From: Malacoraja senta
Lineage: Eukaryota
NCBI GenBank assembly: GCA_038087875.1
Contig: CM075977.1
Coordinates: 131,936,001 to 132,000,000, forward strand
Length of the DNA: 64,000 nucleotides
Reading direction: 5' to 3'
Shown: piece after piece, positions 52,740 to 64,000 of the stretch
Layout: each line of letters opens with the position of its first letter
Numbering within the stretch: the stretch's first letter is position 1
Notes under the pieces: generated by a model
Told to the model about the DNA's origin: nothing
Databases searched by the model: none
The model's input: the letters and a program-made list of their open reading frames with translations, nothing else
Translations under genes and position numbers: made by a program

Positions 52740-52874
52740 CACAAGGGATATTCCAAAGCAGGAGCAATGCAGGTGGGAGGCTGGAATGTGGTACAGATAT
52801 CAACGACAGCAAGTTTAGTGGACAGGATCGGCAGGAGAATAGCAGCAAGCAAGACAAATTTAGTAAGTGGGGAA

Positions 52875-53500
52875 GGAGGTCGGGGGGGAAACTTGTCAAT
52901 CTCTTATCTTGCCGGAGATGCGATTGTTTTCCGGATCGTATCTTTGGCCGCTCTGCAGCCCAACATCATGTAGCTGGAGGCCTTGCTCAAGACTGACTGA
53001 GCCCCACCGCGGGGACGTGGACTTATCATCGGAGCCGATCCCTTGCCTGGGATCGACGCTCCACCTGCGGATTTCACCATCAAGGAGCTCGCAGTCTCAG
53101 GTACAGACCGATGTCGGGAAGGTCCAAACGACGCAGAAGGTTTCGACCAGCCCCAACCCGGGGTCAGATCGCCCGGAACGGGGGGGGAGCTGAGATTTTA
53201 CCCCGATGCAGGAGCTTGATCACCCCGACGCGGAGGGCCCGACCGCCGGCTACGGGAGCCAAGATCACCCTGTCAACGGAAGGCTCGGGGCCCCCGACCG
53301 CAGGTGAACAAAGAAGGGAAGAGATTGAACTATTTTTTTTCCGCCTTCCAGTACAGTGAGGAATGTGGAGGAGTCACTGTGGTGGATGTTCATGTTAAAA
53401 TGTATTTTGTGTGTTTTGTTGCTTTTTATTGGTATGACTGTATGGGAAATCAAATTCCTCGTATGTTGCAAAACATACTTGGCAAATAAAGTATGATTAT
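52875..53500 (+). mobile_element. GC-rich non-coding retroposon, related to 21755-22567
   Basis: Shares gccttcca..acagtgagga...cactgtg...gatgtt...gtatgactg and ends in a stem-loop, aataaa and a short repeat tail. Confidence 0.55.
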
Positions 53501-54329
53501 GAGTTGTACAAGACACTGTTGAGGCCGCACTTGGGAGTGTAGTGTTCAATTTTGGTCACCTGTTGTTGGTCAACATGTTGACGAACCTGTGCAGGTCAAG
53601 GATATTTTGCATCTTATTTCATGGAAAGCATTCAGAATTCTTCTCCAGAGTGCATTGAGGATTCAATTTGGGAAAAGGCTGTTTTGGTCCAATAAAAAAT
53701 GGTTAATTGATAATCTTGCTGTCAAGGGACTTTGGTGAAGAGGGATCAGATAGTAGAATTTGACTTGGAATATGATGTAATTTGCTGCTAAACTTTGTCA
53801 AATTTAAGTTCTTAAATCTAACTAAAGGAAGCTACAAAGGGATGAGATGGAAAACGCTGTAGTTGATAAGAAAAATAACCTGGATGATGGACATGCAGTA
53901 GTTAACATTTACAAAAAAATTGCAAAAATAAATAGTTTAAGGCACAAATATCTAACAGGAAAAGTGATTCATCCATGACTGGCAGGAAAAATTGAGGAAG
54001 AGGATTGTAAAGTTCTCAGAAATAGCAGTACGCCTGCGGATTGGAAACATTTTTGAACTCTGCAAAGGCAGTTCAAGAAATTGCTAAAGAAAATATGAAT
54101 TGCACTGATGTGAAAGATAATGACTGGGAATTTTGAATAAACATTTGAAAAGGGAAAGGGAGTTTATAATAGGAAATAAAGAATTAAACAATTACTCTGC
54201 ATGTGTCTTCAAGGAACATCCAAAACCTGTCGGTAATAATAGCGAATCAAGAGTGTAGGTGTGGCAAGAATGAGGAAATATGTAACAGCCAAAAAAAAGT
54301 GGTAGAAAGATTCATGAGCCAGAATAAAG

Positions 54330-55250
54330 AAGCGGTAGCTTTAGAGAGGGTGAATATTCTGGTTATCATTTTCCGAAGTTGAATTCCTGTGGATGGAAGA
54401 AGTATCAAATGTGACCTCACTACTTACTAAGGGAGGGAGAGAGTAGACGGAGAACGATGCAAAGGAGGGCATTGGAAGACCAGAAACAGCCAACCTGTAT
54501 TAGACTAATTTAGTGGCAGGGAAAAGACTGGAATCTATCATGGAGGATGAAATAATGTTACACCTTGAAAAGAAAGTAGGATTGAGCAAAGCTAATATGG
54601 AAATATAGAAAGGGAAATTATGTTTGGCCAATCTACTTAGACCACTTTGAGCTTATGGCAAGTAGAAAAAACAAAGGAGAACCAGTGCATGTGGAGTATT
54701 GGGATTTTGGGAAAGAATTCCATGAGATCATACATAAGAGGCTGATCAATAAGGATGGATCACATAGAACTGGAGATAGCACACTGAAATAAGGAATTCT
54801 GGATTGATTCATGGATTGAAAATTGGTTATCAGACAGAAAGCTAATAGTGGGAGCAAATGCTCATTCTCAGTTTAGTAAACTGACTAATGGAGTACCGCT
54901 GGGCCTCAGATCTTCACGATCCAAAAGAACAATGATTGTGAGTAATAAGGATATAAAGAAGTCTCAAAGTAATGTAGACAAGTTGTTAGTGGGTGAGAGC
55001 ATGATCATTGGAATGTTATGTGGAAAATGTGTCTTATACACTTTGCTGTCTGGAAAAAAATGCAGATTTCTTTTGTTAAAAGGCGATAAAGTGATGTCAA
55101 TGCTTGTACCTGTGACTACAGGCCAAATTGCAGGTGCAGCAAATAAGTAGGAAAGAGCGTTAATGTCTATTATGAGAGGATTTCAATACATGAGCAAAGT
55201 CCTATTGCAATTGGACGGTGCTTTATTGAGACAGCACCTAAAGAATTGTT
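54330..55250 (+). mobile_element. Old CR1 RT remnant
   Basis: Degenerate WIENWLSDRK and GVPLG motifs. Confidence 0.55.
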
Positions 55251-55619
55251 GAGTAAGTGAAGGCATGCCAAATTTCCTTGGTCTTCTGAAGATGAAGAGG
55301 CATTGGTGTGCTTTCTTAACCATATCATCAATGTGGTTGCGCCAGGACAAATTATTGATGATATTTGCACCAGGGAACTTGTAGCTACTGACCAATTCCA
55401 CATCAACATTATTTATGCCAACTGGGACAAATATTTTACCCCACTTACTGAAGTCAGTGACCAGCTCCTTTGTTTTCCTGATATTGAATCTCACAATAAA
55501 GTCCTACTGAACTTTCTTGTGAAAAGCTGTCTATTCAATGATTTACAGTACATTACAAAGGAAGTACATTTCAGCTAATGTAAAAAAATTGCTTACCAAA
55601 ATATTTCTATTTTAGAAGA

Positions 55620-55865
55620 AGGTAGAAACAAGGATCTGCAGATGCTGTTTTATAAAAAAATAATATAGCAAAGGTGAGGGAAGAATGGGGAGGTTAGTTA
55701 CCTAAAATTGGTAATTCAATGTTCATACCATTGGGTTGTAAGCTACCTAAGCAGATTATGAGGTGCAGTTCCTCCAGTTTGCATGTGGCCTCACTCTGGC
55801 AATGGAGGTTTCCCAGGACAGAAAGGTTAGTTTCGGAATGAGAAGAGGAGTTAAAATAGTTTGGC
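55620..55865 (-). mobile_element. Penelope-like element 3' end
   Basis: NLSVLGNLHCQSEATCKLEELHLIICLGSLQPNGMNIE. Confidence 0.75.
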
Positions 55866-57467
55866 AAAACGGTCACCGAGTCTATGCTTGGTACCACCAA
55901 TGTACGGGAGGCCACAACAGGAATACCGAATGCAGTCAACTATATTGATTGTCACAAAGTGTTGGACTCTATTGTGACAATCTCCCATAAATCTCACATT
56001 CCGTAACATTGCTGGCCACTGGGTCAGTCTTGGCAGTCAGTGAACCTGAGGACAAGGATCTGCTGTAAGTGACCTTCAAAAGAATGCATAAGTTGAAATG
56101 GATGTGCTGGCCAGGCGAATTATTGGCATTGGAATATTTGCCTCATTTTTTACCTGTTTACCTGTTACCTTGTAAGAACATTTCTTGAACTCAATCGGAA
56201 CGTTTTTCTCTACGTGTTACGAGTTTTAAGTATGATCATACTTTTTGAAATCCATGCTTTTATCCAGATGCATTATAGGTTTGCCCTTAAACTTAGACTC
56301 AATTTTTTTCACCACACATGATATAATTACTGGTACATAATTACACAGATTTACTTGATTACAGCTTAATTTAACTTCATAAAAATAGGTAATACATTGC
56401 CTACTTTCTGGTTCTTTGGCACATTTCCACTCTTCTGTGGTCTGCAATGCGCTTTGCAAGACAATTATAATTTACTTCAATTTAGATGAATTTATTGTCA
56501 TATACATCAGGTTTCAGTGAAATTCCTTGTTCACATAAAAATTGCAGAGTAAACAGTGTACATACAGCAGTGATAAATATAACAATAAATACAGATAAGT
56601 GCAAAACAGCAGAATGGTGCAAGATTGTAGTGCAAAATTCAAAAAGTGCAAAACAACATAAAATACTAAAACCTAACAAATGAGGTAGAGTTAAGAGTAA
56701 GTGGTATGTAGCAGCACCTCCGGAAATGGGGTGTGATAGCATCAGACAGCTGAGGTTCAGGAATCAGATACCTGTGAGGAAGAAGCTGATAAGTCTGGAT
56801 GTCTGAGCCTTCAAGCTCCCGTATCTTCTCCCATAAGGTAGAAGAGAGATAAGAGAATGAATAAGTGGCAGGCATCTTTGACAATAATACTATCCTTCCA
56901 GATGCAATGCAACACGAAGATGGACAGGATAGAAGATAGTGAAAAACTTAATTTTGCACGCTATCAAGTAAAATCATATAATGAGTGCAATCAAACCACA
57001 AGTACAATAGGTAGTGCAAAGTGTAAAACAAATAGAGTGCAAAGTGCAGTGGTACTACTGCAGAGAAAGTCCAAATAGAAAGAGTACAAGGACCGCAACA
57101 AACTGAGTTGATAACTGGTCTATTCAAGTGTCTGATAATAACAGAAGAAACTGTTCCTGAATCTATTATTCTGCACTCTCAAGCTTTTTTATTATCCTGC
57201 CTCATGGGAGAGGGGAGAGGGGAGAGGAAAAATGGACCCGGGTGTATGTGGTCCGTTATTATGTTTTCCGAGATATTGTGTAGTGTAGACGGAGTTGATT
57301 GATTGGAGAGTCGGAAGGAGGCTGCGTTTGCATGAGAGGATGGACTGCATCCACAACTCGCGGCAATTATTTGCAATCGTGGGCAAAACAGTTGCCAAAA
57401 CAAGTTGTGATGCATTCCGATAGGATACTTTCTATGTGCATCTGTAGAAATTGGTAAGAGTCATTTT

Positions 57468-57735
57468 TAGTTTACATTATATACTGAGATACAGATCGGA
57501 AACAGGCCTTTTGGCCCACCGAGCGCACCGATCAGCGATCCCCGCACACCAACATCATCCTACACGCACTAGGGACAATTTTTACACTTACATCAAGCCA
57601 ATTAACCTACAAACCTATACATCTTTGGAGCGTGGGAGAAAACCGAAGATCTCGGAGAAAACCCACGCAGGTCACGGGGAGAATGTACAAACTCTGTACA
57701 GACAGCACCCGTAGTCAGGATCGAACCCGGGCCAG
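57468..57735 (-). mobile_element. HE1-like V-SINE
   Basis: Reverse complement of the SINE body at 27110-27369. Confidence 0.82.
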
Positions 57736-57741
57736 TTTTTA

Positions 57742-58348
57742 TAGAAGCATAGAAAATAGGTGCAGGAGGAGGCCATTCGGCCCGTCGAGCCAGCACCGCT
57801 ATTCATTGTGATCATGGCTGATCGTCCCCTATCAATAACCCGTGCCTGCCTTCTCCCCATATCCCTTGACTCCACTAGCCCCAAGAGCTCTATCTAACTC
57901 TCTCTTAAATCCATCCAGTGATTTGGCCTCCACTGCCCTCTGTGGCAGGGAATTCCATAAATTCACAACGCTCTGGGTGAAAACGTTTTTTCTCACCTCA
58001 GTCTTAAATGACCTCCCATTTATTCTGAGACTGTGGCCTCTGGTTCTGGACTCGCCCAACATTGGGAACATTTTTCCTGCATCTAGCTTGTCCAGTCCTT
58101 TTATAATTTTATATGTTTCTATAAGATTCCCCCTCATCCTTCTAAACTCCAGTGAATACAAGCCTAGTCTTTTCAATCTTTCCTCATATAACAGTCCCGC
58201 CATCCCAGGGATCAATCTTGTGAACCTACGCTGCACTGCCTCAATCACAAGGATGTCTTTCCTCAAATTAGGAGACCAAAACTGTACACAATACTCCAGA
58301 TGTGGTCTCACCAGAGCCCTATACAACTGCAGAAGAACCTCTTTACTC
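57742..58348 (-). mobile_element. CR1/HER1 LINE 3' end, young
   Basis: Uninterrupted 164-aa ORF2 C-terminus (LVRPHLEYCVQFWSP...WNSLP) plus 3' UTR. Confidence 0.93.
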
Positions 58349-58444
58349 TTTATGTTGTGAAACGGACTTAAATTAAATAATGTTTTACACTAAAGAATGC
58401 AATATTTAAAGGCTAAGACTAAGATAAATTGTTTTTTGTTATAG

Positions 58445-58516
58445 GATTTGAAACCTGATGATGTTACCAAAACTGCACTTCAGAGCGACCTCAACTGCGA
58501 AAAAGTGTGTGAAAAG
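58445..58516 (+). CDS. SRFBP1: SRFBP1 coding exon, probable exon 4
   Basis: ttttttgttatag acceptor and gtaaga donor; 72 nt, phase 0; encodes DLKPDDVTKTALQSDLNCEKVCEK (cf. ELKPDIVTKSAL..DINFEK). Confidence 0.92.
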
Positions 58517-58729
58517 GTAAGACCTGAAACATTTCCATATTGTACTTCTGCTTTCCTTTTCCCAATCAAGAACAACTTGACACAGTCATACTCACACAGT
58601 CATACTTTACAAATAATGTGCCAGACTCTTCCATAGACAGGACAGAACCACCAAACAGTAGCACAGTGGTATGCAGGTGAGAGAGAAGAGCTCTTGCAAT
58701 TCTCCATATTTAGTCCAGATTTCATAAAA

Positions 58730-59390
58730 ACTCGTTTCAGCTCAAATGTCGGCCAGTGTTCCAGTTAATTCCACAATGGCCTTCCATCATAAAGATGAAG
58801 TGAAGTTTGCTGATTGTACAATGTTAAATTCAATTTTCAGCTCCTCAGCAAACAAACTAGTCTGAAAATGCATGCAACAAGATGTAGACAATATTCGGCA
58901 TGGGCTGAAAATTGTCAAGATACATTCATTCCACAAAGGCGCTGGGCATTGATTACATCTAACAAGAGAATCTACCCAACTACCTTGAAATGCAATGGAA
59001 TTGCTGAGCCCCCCACCAACACTATCTTTATGTAGGGGGTTACCATTAACCAGGACTTAACTGAGCTAGCTGGTTCAATTATGTTGCCACAAGAATGGGG
59101 CAGGGTATTGTGCTGTGAGTGATACGCATGAAAGTCTCTACCTGCTAGGATGAATGCAGCTCCAGCAATTCAAGAAACTCAACATCATCTACAGCAAGTG
59201 TTAAATTGACCATTCATCTTTCTAAACATTCCTTCATAAATCACTAGTGCAGTGACAACAGTATACCACTTACAAAATATTCTGCAGTTACTTTCCCAGT
59301 ATTCCAACAGTACTTCTAAAAAACTCCACAATCTATCAGGAAGATGACAAGAGCAGCAGGCACAATACCACCACCACCTGTGGGTTCCAG
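58730..59390 (+). mobile_element. Ancient non-LTR retrotransposon remnant (related piece at ~17460-18100 on minus)
   Basis: Degenerate KFAD motif and gatgaatgcagctccagcaattcaagaaactcaacatcat; family not assigned. Confidence 0.4.
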
Positions 59391-60589
59391 GTGGTACACC
59401 AACCTTCTTTGCAATGGTCTCAGAGGTAAACAATGAACAAATAACTGACAGCTGAGATGATTTAAAGAATTATATTAGAGGAGATATATTGAGACACAAA
59501 TACAGGTATTGCCATTGATCTAAATGAAAGATGAACAGGAAAAACATGGAAAATCAATGAAGGGAAGACCTTTAGGCATTACAGGCAACAAAGATGTTTC
59601 TGTTTTGTAATAAGCATTGCAATCATAGATCAACTGTGCATATTAATGAAGAAAGATAGATTCTGCTTAAATCTCAGCAACATCATAGAAAATGTGCCAG
59701 TAATTTTCCTTGTGATTGCATTTATATAAATTGAAACATTATTCAAACAGTGGTTTTGAAGAAAATAGTAATTTAAAAGTAATCTACTTTGCACTTGTTA
59801 AGATTGGGGTGATATTATGAATTGATTAAGCGGTCACAGTCTCAAATTAAGAGTTTGGCAACGAGGTCTTAACTAGTTAGGAAAAAATTGCTTCGCCAAG
59901 AAGTGGGTGAAACCTTAGGATTCTCTACCCAAAATTCTATGGAGGTTCACTGGGTGTTCTCAAGGCAGAGGTCAGTAGACTATCAACATTAAAGGAACCA
60001 AGTCATATGGGATTAGTGCAGGTAAACAATGTTGAGGTTAAAGACCTTTTTGAATGTGGAGCAGGTGTAAGAGGTCAACTGGCTAATATTTTTTTTAATG
60101 TTTTTATGCGATTATAAAATTATATTTCTGGATCAAATTTGTTTAGTAAGTAATAATTTTGTCGAAGTAGGTAAAGTTCATTCAGACCTTATGACCCAGC
60201 CAATGATTTTCAGTGTATTACAGTGACACTGTTTTGTAAATGGATTGGTCACATATGTTCAAGTAATTTCCATTTCAAATGGAGAAGACTGCAAAGAATG
60301 GAGTACATAAAGGTATACTGAAGCATTCACAGCAACAGGAGATTTCTTCATAAAAGCACACAACATGAAAATCCCAAAGTAGCTACCAGTTGTACAGGGC
60401 AACCAGGGTGAACCACAACTACATCACCTTCCTTCCTGCTGCAAAATCTGGGCTAAGAGGACTATGATCAGAAGCTTTGAAACAAACTTTAACAGTGCAG
60501 TTATTCTACATTTGGTCTCTTCTAATTTAATAAAAAGTATATTTTGCTTTAAAAAAATATCCATAATATTTGTAATCTCTGTGTGCAAG

Positions 60590-61180
60590 AATATCTGAAC
60601 TGCAAGGATGTAATGGTGAAGCTTTATCAGACACTGCTGTTTCCACATTTGGAATATTGTGTGCAACTTTGGGCCCATTTCTGAGGAAGAATGTGTTGGC
60701 TTTGGATAGGGCCCAGAGGAGGTTTACAAGAATGATCTTGGGGGTGATTGGGTTGATATATGAGGAGCGTCCGACGGTGCTGGGCCAGTACTCACTGAAG
60801 ATTAGAAGGATGAGGGGAGAACTCATTGAAACCTACCAGATAATGAAAGGCCTAGATAGAGTGGATGTGAAAAGGATGTTTCCCATAAAGGGAGAGTCTA
60901 AAGCCAGAGGGCATAGCCTCAGGCTGAAAAATAAGTACCTTCAGAATGGACATGAAGAGTTTCTTCATGCCGGAGGATGGTGAATCTGTGGAGTTCATTA
61001 TCATAGAATGCAGTGGAGGCAAAGTCATTGGGTATTTTTGAAGCAACAGTTGATAGATTCTTGATTAGGTGTGAAAGGTTAAGAGGAGAAGGGGGTTTAG
61101 AGGGTAAAGTAGCTCAGCCATGATTAGGATTAGACTAGTGGGCTGAATGCCCTAATTCTGTGTCTGTATTTTATGATCTA
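60590..61180 (+). mobile_element. CR1 LINE 3' fragment
   Basis: LRKNVLALDRAQRRFTRMI...RGHSL and 3' UTR. Confidence 0.85.
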
Positions 61181-61435
61181 AACTATAAATGTTGAACTAT
61201 TAACCACGCCTGATGTTACTGCAATATAATCCAGTGAGAAAACTACCTCGTGTGGGGATGTTTGCTGATGGTATGGATCTAATATCAGAGAACTAATGGT
61301 AGCATTTTGGCTTTTAACTTAGGTTTGAATCATGTTTCACAGATACTTTAAGTGTATAATATGCAATTATAGCGGGCATGGTCGATGGCCGTCCATCAAG
61401 GCGAGCATCTCGTTCATCAAGGCGGACGGTTACCT

Positions 61436-64000
61436 TGTGGTAATCGAACCCTCGGAGTCTCATAAGCGCGGGTGTTCTATTGGCAGTTTGTTTTTTATTT
61501 AACTGTCAGTACCTGTCACTCTAGTGCCCACACTTGTGGAAGCAACATTATTTTTGGCTGTCTTATTCGACTCGCGTGACTCATTGTTTGTGTTCTAAAA
61601 TGAAGAACTTTTCGTACACCCTAAAGTCTCGACTCGCCAAAGTGGTGACCCCTCTAGTCCGGACGGATTTCGGACTTTTTACATGCAAGCCGCCGCCATT
61701 CCCGACGCCCTGCAAAACGCTGTGGGACTGAAGCTGCCCGTGTTCTGGGGAGAGCTGCCTCAAGTGTGGTTTACCCACACAGAGGCCCAGTTTCACTTCC
61801 GCAATGTCGTGGTCGACGACACCCGGTACTTTTACGTCGTCGGGGCGCTCAACCAAGAGACGGCCTCGCGGTTGCTGCCATACTTACAGAACCCACCGGC
61901 GCTTGGCAAGTACGACGGCCTCAAGGACCTACTGCTCCGCACCTTCGGGCTCAGCCGCCGGGAGCGCGCCGCCCGCCTCCTCCACATGGACGGCCTCGGC
62001 AACCGCAAACCGTCCGCCTTGATGAACAAGATGCTCGCCTTGATGGACGGCAATCGACCATGCCTGCTATTCAAGCAGGCATTCCTCGAACGGATGCCGG
62101 ATGACATCCGCTTGCTGCTCGTCGGCTCCGACTTCGCCGACCCCATGCAGCTCGCAGCGCGGGCCGACGATTTGTGGCTCGAGAAGTGGCAGGATGGCCG
62201 GGTGTCTGCTCCCGCCCGCCAACCGCCCCGCAGGGATGCTCAGCCCGCCGCAACCGTCGCCGAGCTGCAGCCACACGCTGGTGACCGGGGTGAACGCCAG
62301 TGGTGCCTTTATCACCTCCACTGGGGCGCTGAGGCCCGCCGATGCCGACCCCCTGCGGGAAATGCCTCGGCCGATCGGTAGTGGGGGCTATCACGATTGG
62401 CTACAACAACCGCCTGTACGTGCGCGACCGCCACTCTGGACTGCGTTTCCTGGTGAACTCAGGGGCCATCATGAGCATCCTCCCCCCGACTGGGCTGGAC
62501 ACCTGTGCCGCTATGCAGGGCCCTGTCCTCACGACTGTTAACCGCAGTACTATCCGCACCTACGGCACGTGGACCCTATCCCTCTCTTCCGACTCCCGCT
62601 CGTACGTTTGGACATTTATCGTCGCAGCGGCGGCCCAGCCGCTCCTGGGCGCTGACTTCCTTCGGGCCTTTTCCCTCATGGTGGATGTATGGGATGGGCA
62701 CCTCATTCCACCGGCGGACCTCGGACCCGCCACCCGCGACGGCACCCTGCCCGCAGCTTAACGCAGTGGCTGAAGTAGAGGGCCCGTATGCCTCAATACT
62801 CGCGGAGTTCCCGGAGATCCTCACCCCCCGTTTCAACACGGCGGCCCCCAAGCACAGGGTGGTGCACCATATTCCCGCCGTGGGACCGTCCGGGCGCGCC
62901 GGCTCCCGCCTGACAAGCTGCGCATCACCAGGGAGGAATTCCAGCAGATAATAATAATAATAATGGATGGGATTTATATAGCGCCTTTCTAATACTCAAG
63001 GCGCTTTACATCACATTATTCATTCACTCCTCAGTCACACTCGGTGGTGGTGAGCTACTTCTGTAGCCACAGCTGCCCTGGGGCAGACTGACGGAAGCGT
63101 GGCTGCTAATCTGCGCCTACGGCCCCTCCGACCGCCACCAATCACTCACACACATTCACACACATTCACACGCAGGCAAAGGTGGGTGAAGTGTCTTGCC
63201 CAAGGACACAACGACAGTATGCACTCCAAGCGGGATTCGAACCGGCTACCTTCCGGTTGCCAGCCGAACACAGCCCATTGCGCCGTCTGCCGTCCTGATG
63301 GAGGACATGGGGATCGTGCGGCGCTCCGATATCCCGTGGGCGTCCCCATTACACATGGTCCCTAAGTCATTTGGGGGGTGGAGACCATGTGGGGATTACA
63401 GGCGCCTGAACGCCATTACAACCGCGGACCGCTACACGGTCCCACATATATGGGACTTTTCGGCCCATCTGGGGGGCACCACCTTTATCTCCAAGGTGCA
63501 CCTGGTCCGTGGTTATCACCAGATCCCTGTGCACCCAGAAGACGTGCCCAAAACTGCCACCATCACCCCGTTCAGCTGAAGAACGCTGCTCAGGCGTTCC
63601 AGCGCCTAATGGACATGATCGGTCGGGGATTGAACTTTGTCTACATTTACCTCGATGACATCCTGGTCGCGAGCCGCTCCCAACAGTAGCACCTCACACA
63701 CCTGCGGACGCTATTCCAGCTACTCCGCGACCATGGACTTATCGTCAATCCCGCCAAGTGCCAGTTTGAACTCCGCATGATTTTGTTCCTGGGCCACAAT
63801 GTCACCTCGCAGGGCGCCACCCCCTTGCCCTCTAAGGTGGAGGCCATCCGGCAGTTCCCCAGGCCGCGACTGTGAAGGGCCTACAGGAGTTTGTCGGTAT
63901 GGTAAACTTCTACCACAGTTTCGTGCCGGCGGCGGCCAAAATCATGCGGCCCCATTTCCAGTGCCTCGCCGGTAAGCCACGGGAACTCGTGTGGTCCACA
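61436..64000 (+). mobile_element. Gypsy LTR retrotransposon (CsRN1-like), runs off the window
   Basis: LTR ~61436-61640; tRNA-Trp PBS at 61643-61652; open 232-aa gag 61683-62381; protease FLVNSGA; [23 protein letters not shown] and YIYLDDILV, with stops and frameshifts. Confidence 0.93.
62950..63295 (-). mobile_element. tRNA-derived CORE-type SINE with an L2 tail (AFC-like), inserted in Gypsy pol
   Basis: B-box ggttcgaatccc; CORE-like gtgtccttgggcaagacacttcaccc; tail tgtaaagcgccttgag...aaaggcgctatataaat and (ATT)n. Confidence 0.85.

Noticed and set aside
57842-58360. 172-aa plus-strand ORF close to an SRFBP1 exon
   Set aside because: Antisense shadow of the CR1 ORF2 on the minus strand
58448-58636. 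62-aa ORF as a stand-alone gene
   Set aside because: It is the SRFBP1 exon read through the gtaaga donor into the intron
61683-62381. Open gag as a domesticated gene
   Set aside because: It sits in a normal LTR-PBS-gag-pol context, its zinc knuckle looks damaged, and openness is explained by young age

Overview
Eukaryotic, AT-rich, transposon-dense genomic DNA, most likely from a cartilaginous fish (skate/ray), judged from HE1-type V-SINEs, HER1/CR1 LINEs and the Penelope repeats. The only host gene I can support is SRFBP1 on the + strand, seen as three short exons (8824-8912, 10769-10841, 58445-58516) that splice in frame. The first exon and later exons were not found and probably lie outside the window. 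The rest is intronic and includes a 47.6-kb intron. It is filled with decayed CR1, Rex1/Babar, L2 and Penelope retroelements, SINEs, five Gypsy LTR remnants (Mag-like and CsRN1-like), one Tc1 (DD34E) transposon, three PIF/Harbinger-type MITEs, an Academ-like element and three copies of a TAG..CTA DNA transposon with 7-bp TSDs. Many elements are nested. No mobile-element ORF set is intact. I cannot demonstrate a new biological system. The best leads are the 7-bp-TSD transposon family, a set of GC-rich non-coding retroposons with Rex1-like tails, a teleost-like CORE-SINE, Penelope hammerhead-ribozyme motifs and palindromes, and a conserved -1 frameshift site. Boundaries of decayed repeats are approximate, and family names come from recognition, not database searches.
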